The notes under the pieces are model-generated. The model made no database searches. It was not told the origin of the DNA and saw only the letters and a program-made list of their open reading frames with translations. From a bacterium (GTDB lineage: Bacteria; Patescibacteriota; Dojkabacteria; JAKAPS01), in the NCBI GenBank assembly GCA_021806925.1, contig JAKAPS010000004.1:1586-65585 (forward strand): a DNA stretch of 64,000 bases, in the 5' to 3' direction. Shown piece after piece: positions 21,635 through 31,015 of the stretch. Position numbers and translations under genes: made by a program. Every line of letters starts with the position of its first letter. Position 1 is the stretch's first letter.

Positions 21635-21928
21635 TTAATATGAATCTACCCTGTTAAGAAGTATGTTATATAATACTAATGCTCTCTCTGCACTCTCGTA
21701 ACTATTAAATGGGAATCCATATTTTATTTGATACAAGAGTCTTTCAAGTGATTTGAAATCTTCATTATTAATATAATCAAGTGTATTAAATAATTCAATT
21801 GATTGATTATTAAAAGATATTATTAATTGATTATTAATATCTTCCTTATTTTCGGTTATCAAATTAGCTACCCTTTTTAGATTGGAGGCTATAGATAGAA
21901 TCACTGTTCTTTTTTGTAAATTATTCAT
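21635..21928 (-). CDS. hypothetical small protein
   Basis: 97-aa ORF. It overlaps the upstream ORF by 8 bp, so the two form a two-gene operon. Confidence 0.35.
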   Translation of the reverse strand: MNNLQKRTVILSIASNLKRVANLITENKEDINNQLIISFNNQSIELFNTLDYINNEDFKSLERLLYQIKYGFPFNSYESAERALVLYNILLNRVDSY

Positions 21929-22268
21929 TCTCTAAAATCTTCTTAAAATATTTTTTAATTATTAAATCAATTTTTACTCTTATGCTTGTATCTAATACCT
22001 CCATGCTTTTGTTACTATCAGGCCTTATATTTATCAAGGAATTATAGTCAATAGTTTTCGTTATACAATCAATACCACCACCCCATAAATTAGTTTGTTT
22101 AGAACCATTCTCCAGTAGGAATTTTTCGCATTCATAATGCATGACTGTTCCAGCTGCCACAATACTTTGCTCAATATCAACAACAAATTTGATGTATGAC
22201 TTATATGTCAGCATTAATTCATTTATATCATATACCTTTAATTCCTTATTTATTATAAATAACGACAT
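21921..22268 (-). CDS. hypothetical small protein
   Basis: 115-aa ORF, divergent from the RSH-like gene. Confidence 0.35.
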   Translation of the reverse strand: MSLFIINKELKVYDINELMLTYKSYIKFVVDIEQSIVAAGTVMHYECEKFLLENGSKQTNLWGGGIDCITKTIDYNSLINIRPDSNKSMEVLDTSIRVKIDLIIKKYFKKILENE

Positions 22269-22469
22269 TCCAACTTCTTACTCCTATTATACTAATAATA
22301 TATTAGAAACTGAATAGTTGTGCCATTTCGTGTTTTACAAATGTTTATAAATACTTTATAATACTGAAATCTTAGTAAATATATGAGATATTGTTCCGTA
22401 AGACAATTTGGTATTTTGTTTTCAGTAATTATTAATACCTAATTTCCTACGGGTAGTTCCATTAAAAAT

Positions 22470-23468
22470 ATGGCTTCCCAAACAGGGGAGCCTTTTTTAT
22501 TTATGAGTATAGAAATAAAAGAACTTAATAAAAACAATCAACCGCTTCTTAATAAAACGGCTGATGAATTGGTCACGCTACTATTCATGCCAGGAACAGA
22601 TCAGACTTGTAAAATATCAGAGATGTATTCGTGTATCAGTCCAGAAGAATTAATAACTGCATACAGAATACTACACTATGAATATATGCTTTCTGATGAT
22701 AATACTATAACGGAAAAGCCAACTGACACTATAGAATCACTGCTTAATACAGGAGAGATAAATGAATACAATGCTACAGAAGTAATTAAATATATAGAAA
22801 GGAAGATATGCGATAAAAGGAACGGTACAGAGGTGGATTCCGATGATATTGATAATATTTCTGGTTGTGTTAGAAGACTTGCACTTGCAAAGATTATACA
22901 TAATTCAAAAGAGTATATTGACTCAATAAATAATTTAAATTCACTAATTGACTACAATAAATTTTCAACCCTATTAAATGAGTTATTTGGGAGCCAATTT
23001 ATAGGGATGGAAGTAAGAGTCAAATCCTTAGAATCGCTTGTGCAAAAACTTATCAGGAAAGGATTAGATAGAATAGATTCTGCAGGTGACATCATAGGAA
23101 TAAGAATAGTAACACAGGATATATCTACAACAGATGTCATGCAAAAAATAGTACATATATTATCTGTTTTTTATTCCGTCTTACCACAAAATTCAAGTGA
23201 AGAAATGACATATAAGATTATAGATGTGGATACAAATAACCATGTATCATACATGAAAATTCAACTTAAAATTAATGGTATACCTATAGAGATTATGTTT
23301 TCTAGTGAACATCAGGTAGAAATTGGAAAAGACCCATCTCATGATTTATGTCATAGTAACTATGAGTCTAGAAGAGCTATAAAAAGCACTGAAGAACTAA
23401 AACACATATTTGATGATATAAGAGAAAAGATAAGTGAAAAACTACTAGGTAGTAATCAATTCGTTTAA
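22470..23468 (+). CDS. RelA/SpoT-homologue (RSH) synthetase-fold nucleotidyltransferase domain protein. It is toxSAS-like and divergent, and has a roughly 180-aa N-terminal domain of unknown function.
   Basis: Residues about 183-305 align block-by-block with the Rel synthetase core. RVKSLESLVQKL matches the RxKxxxSxxxK motif. SAGDIIGIRIV matches DxxAIRxIV. NHVSYMK....GIPIEIMFSS aligns to NGYQSLH....GPIEIQIRT, with the catalytic EIQIRT replaced by EIMFSS. Confidence 0.5.
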   Translation: MASQTGEPFLFMSIEIKELNKNNQPLLNKTADELVTLLFMPGTDQTCKISEMYSCISPEELITAYRILHYEYMLSDDNTITEKPTDTIESLLNTGEINEYNATEVIKYIERKICDKRNGTEVDSDDIDNISGCVRRLALAKIIHNSKEYIDSINNLNSLIDYNKFSTLLNELFGSQFIGMEVRVKSLESLVQKLIRKGLDRIDSAGDIIGIRIVTQDISTTDVMQKIVHILSVFYSVLPQNSSEEMTYKIIDVDTNNHVSYMKIQLKINGIPIEIMFSSEHQVEIGKDPSHDLCHSNYESRRAIKSTEELKHIFDDIREKISEKLLGSNQFV

Positions 23469-23768
23469 TACTGATAGATCATGATGTATATACAGAATAT
23501 TTTTATTATTCTCCTTATACAAGTTGCTATCACGTGGTAATACACTAAAATCCATTTTATTATAATTATCAATAGTAACTTGTATTTTATTATGAAAATA
23601 TGGAATATTACCATAAAACTTAATATCTAATTGAGAAATAAGTAAATGAACAATGGTTTTGACATCTTCTACACATTGTAAGTTATTAGATCTTATTTCA
23701 GACATACTCAATATATACAACAATGTATAGAATATTACCAGTAATCTATACAGATTTAGACCAATCAT
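23445..23768 (-). CDS. possible small hydrophobic-N-terminus protein. It may be spurious.
   Basis: 107-aa ORF, convergent with the RSH-like gene and overlapping its 3' end. Confidence 0.2.
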   Translation of the reverse strand: MIGLNLYRLLVIFYTLLYILSMSEIRSNNLQCVEDVKTIVHLLISQLDIKFYGNIPYFHNKIQVTIDNYNKMDFSVLPRDSNLYKENNKNILYIHHDLSVLNELITT

Positions 23769-23795
23769 GGTATAATAACACCTTGTAATATAAAT

Positions 23796-24977
23796 ATGGT
23801 CAATGGATTAAATGAGGCATATGGCAATGAATCTATATATAAACTGATTAATTTAGCATTAAAATCTATTAGTATCTTGAATAAGTTTACGCCTGATGAA
23901 AATACTAAGATAGAAGAAGTAATTGATAAGTATAGCAGTATAAACAAACGAGAATTTCATATTCAATATACCGAAGAAGATGGTCATATTCTTAACATAT
24001 TAGTAGGAGATGACGGTTCATTTGAAGCATACTATACAAAAAAAGATTGTGAAGAGCAACAAATAATTGGAATAAACAGAGTAAATAATGATGATAAAAC
24101 CTACTTAATAAATTTGAATGGAAAACACTTCTTATTAAAAATCGAATATTCAGAAGATGGAACACCAATAATACATGATACAATATCAAAATCAGATGAC
24201 AAATATAGACAACTAATATACCAAGTATTACTTGACTGGAAATATGCTTCAGATAAAATAATTGAAACATTTGATATTGCACTATCAATTGAATCGGACT
24301 TTAATCATATCCAAAACGAATTAGAAATACTATGTAAAGACGTGCTATATAAAATAGAAGGGGATGATGATGATGATGACGATGATGAGAATGACGATGA
24401 TGATGATGATGGGAATGACGATGATGATGATGATGGGAATGACGAGGACGATGATGGGAATGACGAGGACGATGATGATGGGAATGACGAGGACGATGAT
24501 GATGGGAATGACGAAGATGATGATGGGGGGGATGACGAGGATGTAAATGAAGATGATGGACATGATAGTGGTGAGAATACATATGATGGGATTGCTGCAT
24601 CAGGAAATATAACCAGAATGAGGGGTATAATGTATGCATATATTAGAATGGTAGCCGTATTAATAGATAATACTCTAATTGGGCCTAATTTTATTGAATA
24701 TATAGATCGGTTCAAAGATAAGAATATTCGTGCATCTATAAATAAAATTGATAATAGGTATGATAGATTTGAAGTAGTGTTTAATGAACCTTTTTTTATT
24801 AAATTTAACGTTAATGTTAATAATGTAGCAGATATTAATATTGAAAATATAGAAATAAATGCAAATGTAAATAAGTACCTACTTAATTTACTTTTAAATA
24901 ATAACCGTGCAGTCTTCAATTTATTTAGAACAATTTCACATATGATTGAGATAATAAAGGAATATAACAATGAATGA
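23796..24977 (+). CDS. hypothetical protein with a long poly-Asp/Glu tract (about 75 aa of D/E/G/N repeats). It is the first of three tandem distant paralogs.
   Basis: The 393-aa ORF is continuous through the repeat. It shares the ESIxxL N-terminal helix and the L..LLDW motif with the next two genes. Confidence 0.55.
   Translation: MVNGLNEAYGNESIYKLINLALKSISILNKFTPDENTKIEEVIDKYSSINKREFHIQYTEEDGHILNILVGDDGSFEAYYTKKDCEEQQIIGINRVNNDDKTYLINLNGKHFLLKIEYSEDGTPIIHDTISKSDDKYRQLIYQVLLDWKYASDKIIETFDIALSIESDFNHIQNELEILCKDVLYKIEGDDDDDDDDENDDDDDDGNDDDDDDGNDEDDDGNDEDDDDGNDEDDDDGNDEDDDGGDDEDVNEDDGHDSGENTYDGIAASGNITRMRGIMYAYIRMVAVLIDNTLIGPNFIEYIDRFKDKNIRASINKIDNRYDRFEVVFNEPFFIKFNVNVNNVADINIENIEINANVNKYLLNLLLNNNRAVFNLFRTISHMIEIIKEYNNE
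24361..24550 (+). repeat. imperfect tandem coding minisatellite with units of about 24-27 bp (gggaatgacgaggacgatgatgat). It encodes a (D/E)n-G-N acidic tract.
   Basis: Read directly. The antisense frames yield His-rich and Ser-rich mirror ORFs. Confidence 0.8.
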
Positions 24978-25791
24978 ACTCAAAAATGAGAAACCAATAG
25001 GAGAATCTATAAGAGAATTATATGGGTTCTTAATATTATTAAGAACCTATATATTCAGTTGTGAGTATAGCGAATCAGAAGAGACTGGAGTAAATAAGAC
25101 ATTCTACTTTAACATAAGAAATGATTACAGAATAATAAACATGAAAATAGATCAGAATAGTAATCTAGAGATATTTGTATCAAATATTATTTACGGTAAT
25201 TCAAAGATAAATATATACAGTCCTAAAGTTGACAATCATTTATATATAATGGAGCTGTATGGTTTAATAATAGAGTACAACTCAAATGATAGAAGTATTT
25301 CATTTCTGAATAAAAATGAAATAGATGTAAATGGAGAGAATAAGGAATTGCTAATAAGATTTTTTGATGATTGGGTAAAGTTTTCAAATGAATACAGAGA
25401 ACTCAGCAGCGTTACATATAAGATACAAGAAATTCTAACCGATAATAAATATAGAAGCGTTATTAATCCTTTTACCGAGAATAACTTCAGGATATCTGAT
25501 ACATACAGTCTAGATGCAATATATACGGATAAAAATAATAGAGAAGTATTATTAGTAACAAATTATCTGCAAGAAAATAAATATAAACTTAAATTATCGT
25601 TAAATAATATAGAGTATACAATAGAATTTACATTAAATGAGTATAATCAAATAATAGTTTTATCCTATATAGTAAATAATTCATATATAGATTCACCAAT
25701 ACTTAATTTCCTTCTAAAAAGTAACTGTATACTTGGTCAATGTATTAGAAATATATTTCGTGATGATGATAACCAGAATATAACCTATTAA
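24970..25791 (+). CDS. hypothetical protein, paralog family member 2
   Basis: Its start overlaps the upstream gene stop, giving an operon. It shares ESIRELYGFLILL, ..IEYNSND.. and the LIRFFDDW motifs with its neighbours. Confidence 0.5.
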   Translation: MNELKNEKPIGESIRELYGFLILLRTYIFSCEYSESEETGVNKTFYFNIRNDYRIINMKIDQNSNLEIFVSNIIYGNSKINIYSPKVDNHLYIMELYGLIIEYNSNDRSISFLNKNEIDVNGENKELLIRFFDDWVKFSNEYRELSSVTYKIQEILTDNKYRSVINPFTENNFRISDTYSLDAIYTDKNNREVLLVTNYLQENKYKLKLSLNNIEYTIEFTLNEYNQIIVLSYIVNNSYIDSPILNFLLKSNCILGQCIRNIFRDDDNQNITY

Positions 25792-25830
25792 CATACAAAT
25801 ATAACAAAGATATGGTATACTCACATCAAA

Positions 25831-26970
25831 ATGTCTATAGAACATAACAACAATAAAGAAGAGATACTTCTAGGGCTGCATAAACTTTACAATGCATTGC
25901 TACAATTGCCAAATAATCTACTTAATCCTAAGTTGATGACCGAGGAGATATTTATTACTCAAGATGGTATTCTTGTATATAGGAAACATGAGCCTCGTAT
26001 ATTAACATATACAGAAATCAAATTTGATATAAATTCAGGTGAATTAACTGTGAATATATCGAAATTTACAAATCTTACCGGGAATAAAGTAGATATGTTA
26101 AATGTTTTTGACCCTGCAGCACCCTATAACACTACTGATTCAAATAATAATCAACCAGCTTCCTCTAAGAATAAAGAGGAAACCTCAGAAGATAGTTATT
26201 TGGAAGAATACTCGTTAACTATTAAGGAAATATCAGATAGTAATTACATTTTACTTATTAATGGTAATAAACCAATAGAATTTAAAGTTTATGATAACAA
26301 TATACAAATAAATAATTACATATCATTTAATAATGAAATTAATGTAATTAATAATATATTAAATATGTGGAATAGTATGAGAATAGAATTTTGTGATACA
26401 ACTATGTCATTGAAATATATATCAGAAGTTATAAAATTGAGTCCTATAGATGATACAATTGGTGATATTTATGATATTGCATTAGAAAACGCTCCTATGA
26501 ATTTACAAATCATCAAAAACCTTATTAATACAATATTACACATGAAGGAATTAGGAATAGATATACAAGATGAATATTCAAGATTATATGCGTTATTTAA
26601 ATATGATTATCCAACATATATTGAATACCATATACATAAGCTTTTTAATGGAAATAACATCATTAAAATAATTCATGAGGCAACCTATACAAAATTAATA
26701 CCAAATCCTAATCCTGATGAGAATCTTATCGAAGTATATTCTAATAACGATGATAGCTTATTGCTATCAGTAACACCTATAAATTTAAACCAATTTCAAT
26801 TAACTATTTATTTAGGTAGAAATCAAGATATTGGTATTATATTTGATTCTTCCATGAATATATTATCTATTACAGGAAGTGAAAATCCAGACTTATTCAA
26901 AATGCTACTTCCGCAATTAAGTTTACATGAAAAGATAAATAAATTTAATCGCAATACTGATAATAATTAA
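25831..26970 (+). CDS. hypothetical protein, paralog family member 3
   Basis: Shares EILLGLHKLYNALLQL, YILLINGNKPIEFKVYDNN and ILNMW with its neighbours. Confidence 0.5.
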   Translation: MSIEHNNNKEEILLGLHKLYNALLQLPNNLLNPKLMTEEIFITQDGILVYRKHEPRILTYTEIKFDINSGELTVNISKFTNLTGNKVDMLNVFDPAAPYNTTDSNNNQPASSKNKEETSEDSYLEEYSLTIKEISDSNYILLINGNKPIEFKVYDNNIQINNYISFNNEINVINNILNMWNSMRIEFCDTTMSLKYISEVIKLSPIDDTIGDIYDIALENAPMNLQIIKNLINTILHMKELGIDIQDEYSRLYALFKYDYPTYIEYHIHKLFNGNNIIKIIHEATYTKLIPNPNPDENLIEVYSNNDDSLLLSVTPINLNQFQLTIYLGRNQDIGIIFDSSMNILSITGSENPDLFKMLLPQLSLHEKINKFNRNTDNN

Positions 26971-27210
26971 TCCCCCTATTACTAATAACATATGTAAATA
27001 GGGGAGTATCCTAATTCAATCTATCTGCAATATACAAATAGACAAGTTGTTCAATTATTTATTACAGATTTTTATAAAATATATTAAATCACAAATATCA
27101 GAGAATGAAACGGTATTTAAAAGAATAAGAAGAAGAATAAATTAATTTAAGGGATAGAATGGGGGAATAAATAAAAATATGCTACCTCTCTACTCTCTTC
27201 AAATAATAAG

Positions 27211-27242
27211 TAACTGAGTATAATCACCCTTATACTCAGTTT
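27211..27242. terminator. 11-bp-stem hairpin (aactgagtata-atcaccct-tatactcagtt) between two convergent transcription units. It is a bidirectional intrinsic terminator.
   Basis: Perfect inverted repeat with T-rich flanks. It lies 4 bp beyond the stop of the 27246-28094 gene. Confidence 0.5.
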
Positions 27243-27245
27243 ATA

Positions 27246-28094
27246 CTATGTATTTATTGAAATCAATATAAATACTGCTGTAATTATAATGAAGAGTGTA
27301 GTTACAAGATACATTGCTCTATTAAATATTCTTGTATTCTCTGACTCGAATTTCATTACATTAAACCAAAGTATAAATATACTTGTAAGTACAGGAACAA
27401 AGAATATCTTTATATTGAACAAATCAAGAATAAGGAAATACTGTATATATATTATCAATGTATATAAAATGATACTAATACTATTCTTAAGCCTTAAAAC
27501 AAGCCCCCAGTTATATATAAATATGTAGTATATAGATATGAGCATGAATATAATTGGAACTATATATGTATGGATACTATACATAACATTGTTCAGTAAA
27601 AGTGAATTAGTATTCATATTCTGCCCAACATATATATATTCAAAGAAGTGATATGTATTATATGATGTTATTGTGCCTCCTATGATAGAGAATAGGAATA
27701 GAAGACTTCTTGACGCTTCAAGAAGAGGTAAATTCCTATACCTTCCAACATTAAATATATTCATAATACTAATAACTGCATTAGTAAGTATAAAAATAAC
27801 TATCGCAAATATAACACTCTCAGCATCTCGTAATATATTTGAAATATGTTGAGAACTTATTATATATACAGCGGAAATAATAAGGTTATCCACAAAAACT
27901 ACAGGAAATAGCATTGATGTTACAAGTGATGAATATACAATATCTCTTTCAAACACCACAAACATTGATATATATAATACTATTGAATACCCTATTAGCA
28001 GATAAGGGTCCAGTCTGAAACCATCTACAAACGCCACCCATAATAATACAAAAGAGGATAATATAGACAATAGGAACATTATAGGTCTTTTCAT
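27246..28094 (-). CDS. polytopic membrane protein, hypothetical. It is the last gene of the yebC-ruvCAB operon.
   Basis: 282 aa with about 8 TM helices. Its start overlaps the ruvB stop (ATGA). Confidence 0.5.
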   Translation of the reverse strand: MKRPIMFLLSILSSFVLLWVAFVDGFRLDPYLLIGYSIVLYISMFVVFERDIVYSSLVTSMLFPVVFVDNLIISAVYIISSQHISNILRDAESVIFAIVIFILTNAVISIMNIFNVGRYRNLPLLEASRSLLFLFSIIGGTITSYNTYHFFEYIYVGQNMNTNSLLLNNVMYSIHTYIVPIIFMLISIYYIFIYNWGLVLRLKNSISIILYTLIIYIQYFLILDLFNIKIFFVPVLTSIFILWFNVMKFESENTRIFNRAMYLVTTLFIIITAVFILISINT

Positions 28095-29128
28095 GTGCTT
28101 TTATACCCCCTGGCTTTTTCTGTTGCTACCCTACCCTTCTCTGTTTTGTGAATAAATCCTTGCTTTAATAAATATGGCTCGTAAACATCTTCAATTGTAG
28201 AAACATCCTCATTAACAATTGCTGAGATTGTTTTAATCCCTAAAGCTTTTGGATATCTATCAACAAGTAAATCTATTATCAACCTATCTATGTTATCAAA
28301 TCCATTTTCATCAATTCCAAGTGCTTTTAATCCAATTAATGCTGATTCAAAGACTATTTTTCTGCTACCAGAGACAATAGCATAATCTCTGAGTCTTTTT
28401 AGATACCTTATTGCTAGCCTTGCTGTTCCCCTACTCCTCTTTGCAATTGCATCTGAAGCTTTTTCATCAATCTCTATATCTAATATATTAGCACTTCTTT
28501 TTATTATATTTATCAAATCCTGTATTGAATAATAGTCAAGCCTCAAATGAAGTCCAAATCTATCCCTAAATGGAGAAGATAATAGGCTTATCTTAGTTGT
28601 AGCTCCAACTAAAGTAAATTCAGGTATATCAATTGATATACTTCTTGCACTTACTCCCTTTCCAATTATGATATCAAGCCTAAAGTCTTCCATTGCACTA
28701 TATAGTATCTCCTGCGTCTCTTTACTCATTCTATGTATTTCATCAATAAATACAATATCTCTCTTTGTAATGCTTGTTAAAATCGATATCAAATCAGCAT
28801 TCTTCTTTAACATAGGACCAGTTATTATCTTTATATTACTTCCTACTTCTTTTGCAATTACATATGCTAATGATGTTTTACCAAGTCCAGGTGGACCATA
28901 AAGTAAAATATGATCCAAAGTTGCACCTCTTTTTTTTGCACTATCAATCATTATTTTTATTTCATTAATCTCTTTGTCCCTTCCTGGAAAATCTTCGAAA
29001 TTTTTTGGTCTTACATTATTACTTATATCAGAATCTTCCTGAAATTCTGATGTATCATTTGTAGCATGATTATTGCTATTAATTGTTTTATCTGCTACAG
29101 ATTTAATACTAGTATTACCTTTTTTCAT
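28091..29128 (-). CDS. ruvB: Holliday junction branch migration helicase RuvB
   Basis: Walker A LLYGPPGLGKTSLA and Walker B IVFIDEIHR, with RuvB sensor and winged-helix regions. A roughly 40-aa N-rich N-terminal extension is present. Confidence 0.95.
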   Translation of the reverse strand: MKKGNTSIKSVADKTINSNNHATNDTSEFQEDSDISNNVRPKNFEDFPGRDKEINEIKIMIDSAKKRGATLDHILLYGPPGLGKTSLAYVIAKEVGSNIKIITGPMLKKNADLISILTSITKRDIVFIDEIHRMSKETQEILYSAMEDFRLDIIIGKGVSARSISIDIPEFTLVGATTKISLLSSPFRDRFGLHLRLDYYSIQDLINIIKRSANILDIEIDEKASDAIAKRSRGTARLAIRYLKRLRDYAIVSGSRKIVFESALIGLKALGIDENGFDNIDRLIIDLLVDRYPKALGIKTISAIVNEDVSTIEDVYEPYLLKQGFIHKTEKGRVATEKARGYKST

Positions 29129-29673
29129 TTTCTAATATTCTTTATTGCATGTTTTATAATATCCTCTAAAGGCATATCAAAATCAATATCCTTCTCCACG
29201 TTTATAATTTCAGCATCAGTATATCCTAATTGTAGTAGAGTTGAATAAAAATCATCATGAGTTTGATTATACATCTTTAATTCACCCTTCAACTCTATTA
29301 TTATTTTCATAGCAGTCCTGTCACTTATACCTCCTAATTTCTTTAGTAACTTACTTTCTCCAGTATTAACCAGCTCATATATCTTGTTAATTTCGATATT
29401 TCTCATAAGTTTGAGTGCTGTTTTTGCACCAACTCCAGAGATATTTAATAATTTTTTAAAGAAATCAAGTTCCTTCTTTTCTTTAAAACCATATAGGTAT
29501 ATGTTATCTTGAGTAAATTTTGTAAATATATAAAGTGATAATTCTGTCCCTATAGTAATAGGCTCTACGATGATTGTCTCAACCGAATACCCCACACCAC
29601 TATTTGTTTTAATTATTACTTCACCTGTTTCACTGTTTAAATAAACGACATCTCCTTCAATATATCCTATCAT
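29125..29673 (-). CDS. ruvA: Holliday junction DNA-binding protein RuvA
   Basis: MIGYIEG...VGY...LYGF N-terminal OB domain and the helix-hairpin-helix LLNISGVGAKTALKLM. Confidence 0.9.
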   Translation of the reverse strand: MIGYIEGDVVYLNSETGEVIIKTNSGVGYSVETIIVEPITIGTELSLYIFTKFTQDNIYLYGFKEKKELDFFKKLLNISGVGAKTALKLMRNIEINKIYELVNTGESKLLKKLGGISDRTAMKIIIELKGELKMYNQTHDDFYSTLLQLGYTDAEIINVEKDIDFDMPLEDIIKHAIKNIRK

Positions 29674-30152
29674 AATATATTCTTCTTACTATATTGAGTA
29701 TAACTAATTGCTCCAGCAATTGCATCTGCAGCGTCATCAGGCTTAGGAATACTATCTAAAGATAGTAGTAATTTCACAGTATTTTGAATTTGCCTTTTAT
29801 CGGCTCTACCATAACCAGTTAATGCCATTTTTATTTCAAGCGGAGTCAATTCTATAAATGGTATATTTTTTCTTTTAAGAGTTAGTATTATTACTCCCCT
29901 AGCCTCCCCTACTTTGATTACAGTTTTTGCATTATTGTTAAAGAACAATTCTTCAACAACAGCAACATCAGGTTTAAATTTTCTAATTATCTTGCTAAGT
30001 CCTAAATACACATATTCTAATCTGTCCTCAATTGGATTATTTGCTGTTGTATTGATTGAACCATAATCTATGAGGCTGTATTTATTAAAATTAAATTCAA
30101 CTACTCCCCACCCCACAATCGCAAAACCTGGATCAATCCCAAGTATTACCAT
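29670..30152 (-). CDS. ruvC: crossover junction endodeoxyribonuclease RuvC
   Basis: ILGIDPGFAIVGWGVVE catalytic N-terminus, about 160 aa, positioned upstream of ruvA. Confidence 0.9.
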   Translation of the reverse strand: MVILGIDPGFAIVGWGVVEFNFNKYSLIDYGSINTTANNPIEDRLEYVYLGLSKIIRKFKPDVAVVEELFFNNNAKTVIKVGEARGVIILTLKRKNIPFIELTPLEIKMALTGYGRADKRQIQNTVKLLLSLDSIPKPDDAADAIAGAISYTQYSKKNIL

Positions 30153-31015
30153 ATATTACTTACATCTGTATAGCATGATATTACATCATCGTCTTCTTCA
30201 AGAGAAAGTATAAGGTTTTGTAATTTCTCAACTTGAACCTGTTCTAAGTGAATTTGTTCATTTGCTAAATATATTAATTTACTTGTTTCTATTTCAAACT
30301 TATATTTTTCATCAATCAATTTTCTTATGCTGGCTAATGACTTATCAAGTGTATATATATCAATACTAAATACACCATCTTCTCCTCTATCCTCATCAAC
30401 AACATTCTCCTCCTTTATATCAATTATTCCTTCTACATCAAGTAGTTCTAACATAAAACTATCTATGAATTCATGATTACCACTTTGCAACTTTCTCTTC
30501 TCATTACTCGTATCAATATTTCTAATGCTCATAGACTTCAACTTCTTCTCATATTGTTCATGTTCTTCTTTTGTTTCTGATAGCAGCGATATATATCCTA
30601 CTATTGCAAATTTCCACAATATGCTATTACTTGGAACTAATTTACCTCCCCCGCCTTTTTCTATTATTTCTCTAATATTTGCTACAGTCCTATTTCTGTT
30701 ATCAGTCAGACACTCTATTAATAGGCTCGAATTTCCATATGAATATGCCTCATAAACAATGCTTTCAAGTGTATTTTTCTGTGATTTATCTGAGGCTTTC
30801 AGTATAGCAGATTTAACATTATCCATAGGCATATCAGCTTCTCTTGCACTGGATATTGCCATTTTCAAAGCAAAATTTGATTCTGGATCATCGCTTCCAT
30901 TTTGTTTTACAGCCTGAATTATCTGCTTTGATATCTTTGTATATATTTTACCCTTTGCAGAGTCATTTATACCTTTCTTCCGCTTTATTTGTGACCATTT
31001 ATTATGTCCTGACAT
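30146..31015 (-). CDS. yebC: YebC/PmpR-family probable transcriptional regulator
   Basis: The MSGHNKWSQIKRKKG...AKGKIYTK N-terminus is diagnostic. The true start is likely the internal Met, whereas the track extends to 31060. Confidence 0.85.
   Translation of the reverse strand: MSGHNKWSQIKRKKGINDSAKGKIYTKISKQIIQAVKQNGSDDPESNFALKMAISSAREADMPMDNVKSAILKASDKSQKNTLESIVYEAYSYGNSSLLIECLTDNRNRTVANIREIIEKGGGGKLVPSNSILWKFAIVGYISLLSETKEEHEQYEKKLKSMSIRNIDTSNEKRKLQSGNHEFIDSFMLELLDVEGIIDIKEENVVDEDRGEDGVFSIDIYTLDKSLASIRKLIDEKYKFEIETSKLIYLANEQIHLEQVQVEKLQNLILSLEEDDDVISCYTDVSNIW

Noticed and set aside
24301-24970. Minus-strand ORFs across the acidic repeat encoding His-rich (HHHHRHSHH...), Ser-rich and Ile-rich proteins
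   Set aside because: They are antisense reading-frame mirrors of the GAT/GAC/GAG repeat. The plus-strand 393-aa ORF is continuous and has non-repetitive flanks, so it is the real gene.
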